Shown here piece by piece: positions 63,490 to 64,000 of a stretch of 64,000 nucleotides of DNA. Each line of letters begins with the position of its first letter. Position 1 is the stretch's first letter. The notes below the pieces were generated by a model. It was not told where the DNA came from. It saw nothing but the letters and a program-made list of their open reading frames with translations, and searched no databases. The translations under genes were made by a program, and so were the position numbers. Source of the DNA: Mobula hypostoma. Taxonomy: Eukaryota. The stretch lies in NCBI RefSeq assembly GCF_963921235.1, contig NC_086108.1, positions 27,282,001 through 27,346,000 of the forward strand. The letters run 5' to 3'.

Positions 63490-63920
63490 TTGTTTACAAC
63501 ACGAAGCTGAGCAATGAATATTGGTTAGAAGTTTATCTTTGTCATAATGAACTCTGACCATTTGGAAAGGTCATGCTTCTGTGCTAGAAAGATGAGTTTG
63601 ATAATAATAAGACACTGGGGCCTTGGAGAGAGAATATCCAACACATAATCAATATGACCTCTACAACGTTTTGAGAGTAGAAGTTCTTCCTGCACTTGCA
63701 ACGAAATGCTTTCTTTCATTTGGAGTGTACATAAATATGTTGCTAAGGTCGTAAAAGGCATCATCATCATTGGGGCTGTATTAATTGCTGCTCGCAACAG
63801 GATTTCAACATTGGATAGTGGCCCTTGTCAATTTTCAGGAGATCACTTTTATTTTGGGTTCACAGGAAACAAATTTAACAGCATTGATTTTTATTTAGCA
63901 ATGTCAACTATATTTTAGAT
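63490..63920 (-). pseudogene. Exon: ZP-C domain, unit 1
   Basis: Reads SMLLNLFPVNP...GPLSNVEILLRAAINTAP / DDDAFYDLSNIFMYTP...A*PFQMVRVHYDKDKLLTNIHCSASCCKQ|gtaaac; resembles the ZP-C end (FxFxMFxF...xHCxVxxC). Has stops and a frameshift; 5' boundary approximate. Confidence 0.6.
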
Positions 63921-64000
63921 CTCACAAGGTTGCACTATAATTATTTTGAACAAATTTATTTTGTATTGTATCTTATCTCCTGGAGAATCAATTCCAATCT

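Larger units (their letters stand above)
70..63920 (-). pseudogene. Decayed multi-exon gene or gene cluster with three tandem ZP modules plus SEA, EGF and TM segments; extends beyond both window ends
   Basis: About 19 non-repeat segments, all minus strand, most with AG/GT boundaries; many adjacent exon phases match; domains occur in logical order; most exons carry stops or frameshifts. Confidence 0.75.

Noticed and set aside
70..63920. Naming the fossil gene UMODL1, VWDE, ZPAX or a tectorin
   Set aside because: Domain types overlap, but I saw no EMI/WAP/FN3, VWD or NIDO segments and cannot confirm identity without a search.

Overview
Repeat-rich vertebrate DNA; the repeat mix (CR1, Rex/Babar, RTE, Penelope, tRNA-SINEs, Tc1, Gypsy) suggests a cartilaginous fish, possibly a ray (inference). 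I see no intact host gene. Between the transposons on the minus strand lie about 19 decayed exons with splice sites that are often phase-consistent. By eye they read as three tandem extracellular units: [..ZP-C, TM] - [signal-like, SEA, EGF, ZP-N, ZP-C, furin/EHP, EGF-like, TM] - [signal-like, SEA, EGF, ZP-N, ZP-C..]. This is either a pseudogenised multi-ZP polyprotein gene or a tight gene cluster, and it runs off both window ends. Also notable: a near full-length Gypsy element whose primer-binding position is complementary to its own LTR rather than a tRNA, a defective PNMA-like Gypsy element carrying a myosin-tail fragment, three solo LTRs with TSDs, Penelope ends with minimal hammerhead motifs, and a multi-layer nested TE stack. 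All domain calls come from manual translation and motif recognition, not database searches.
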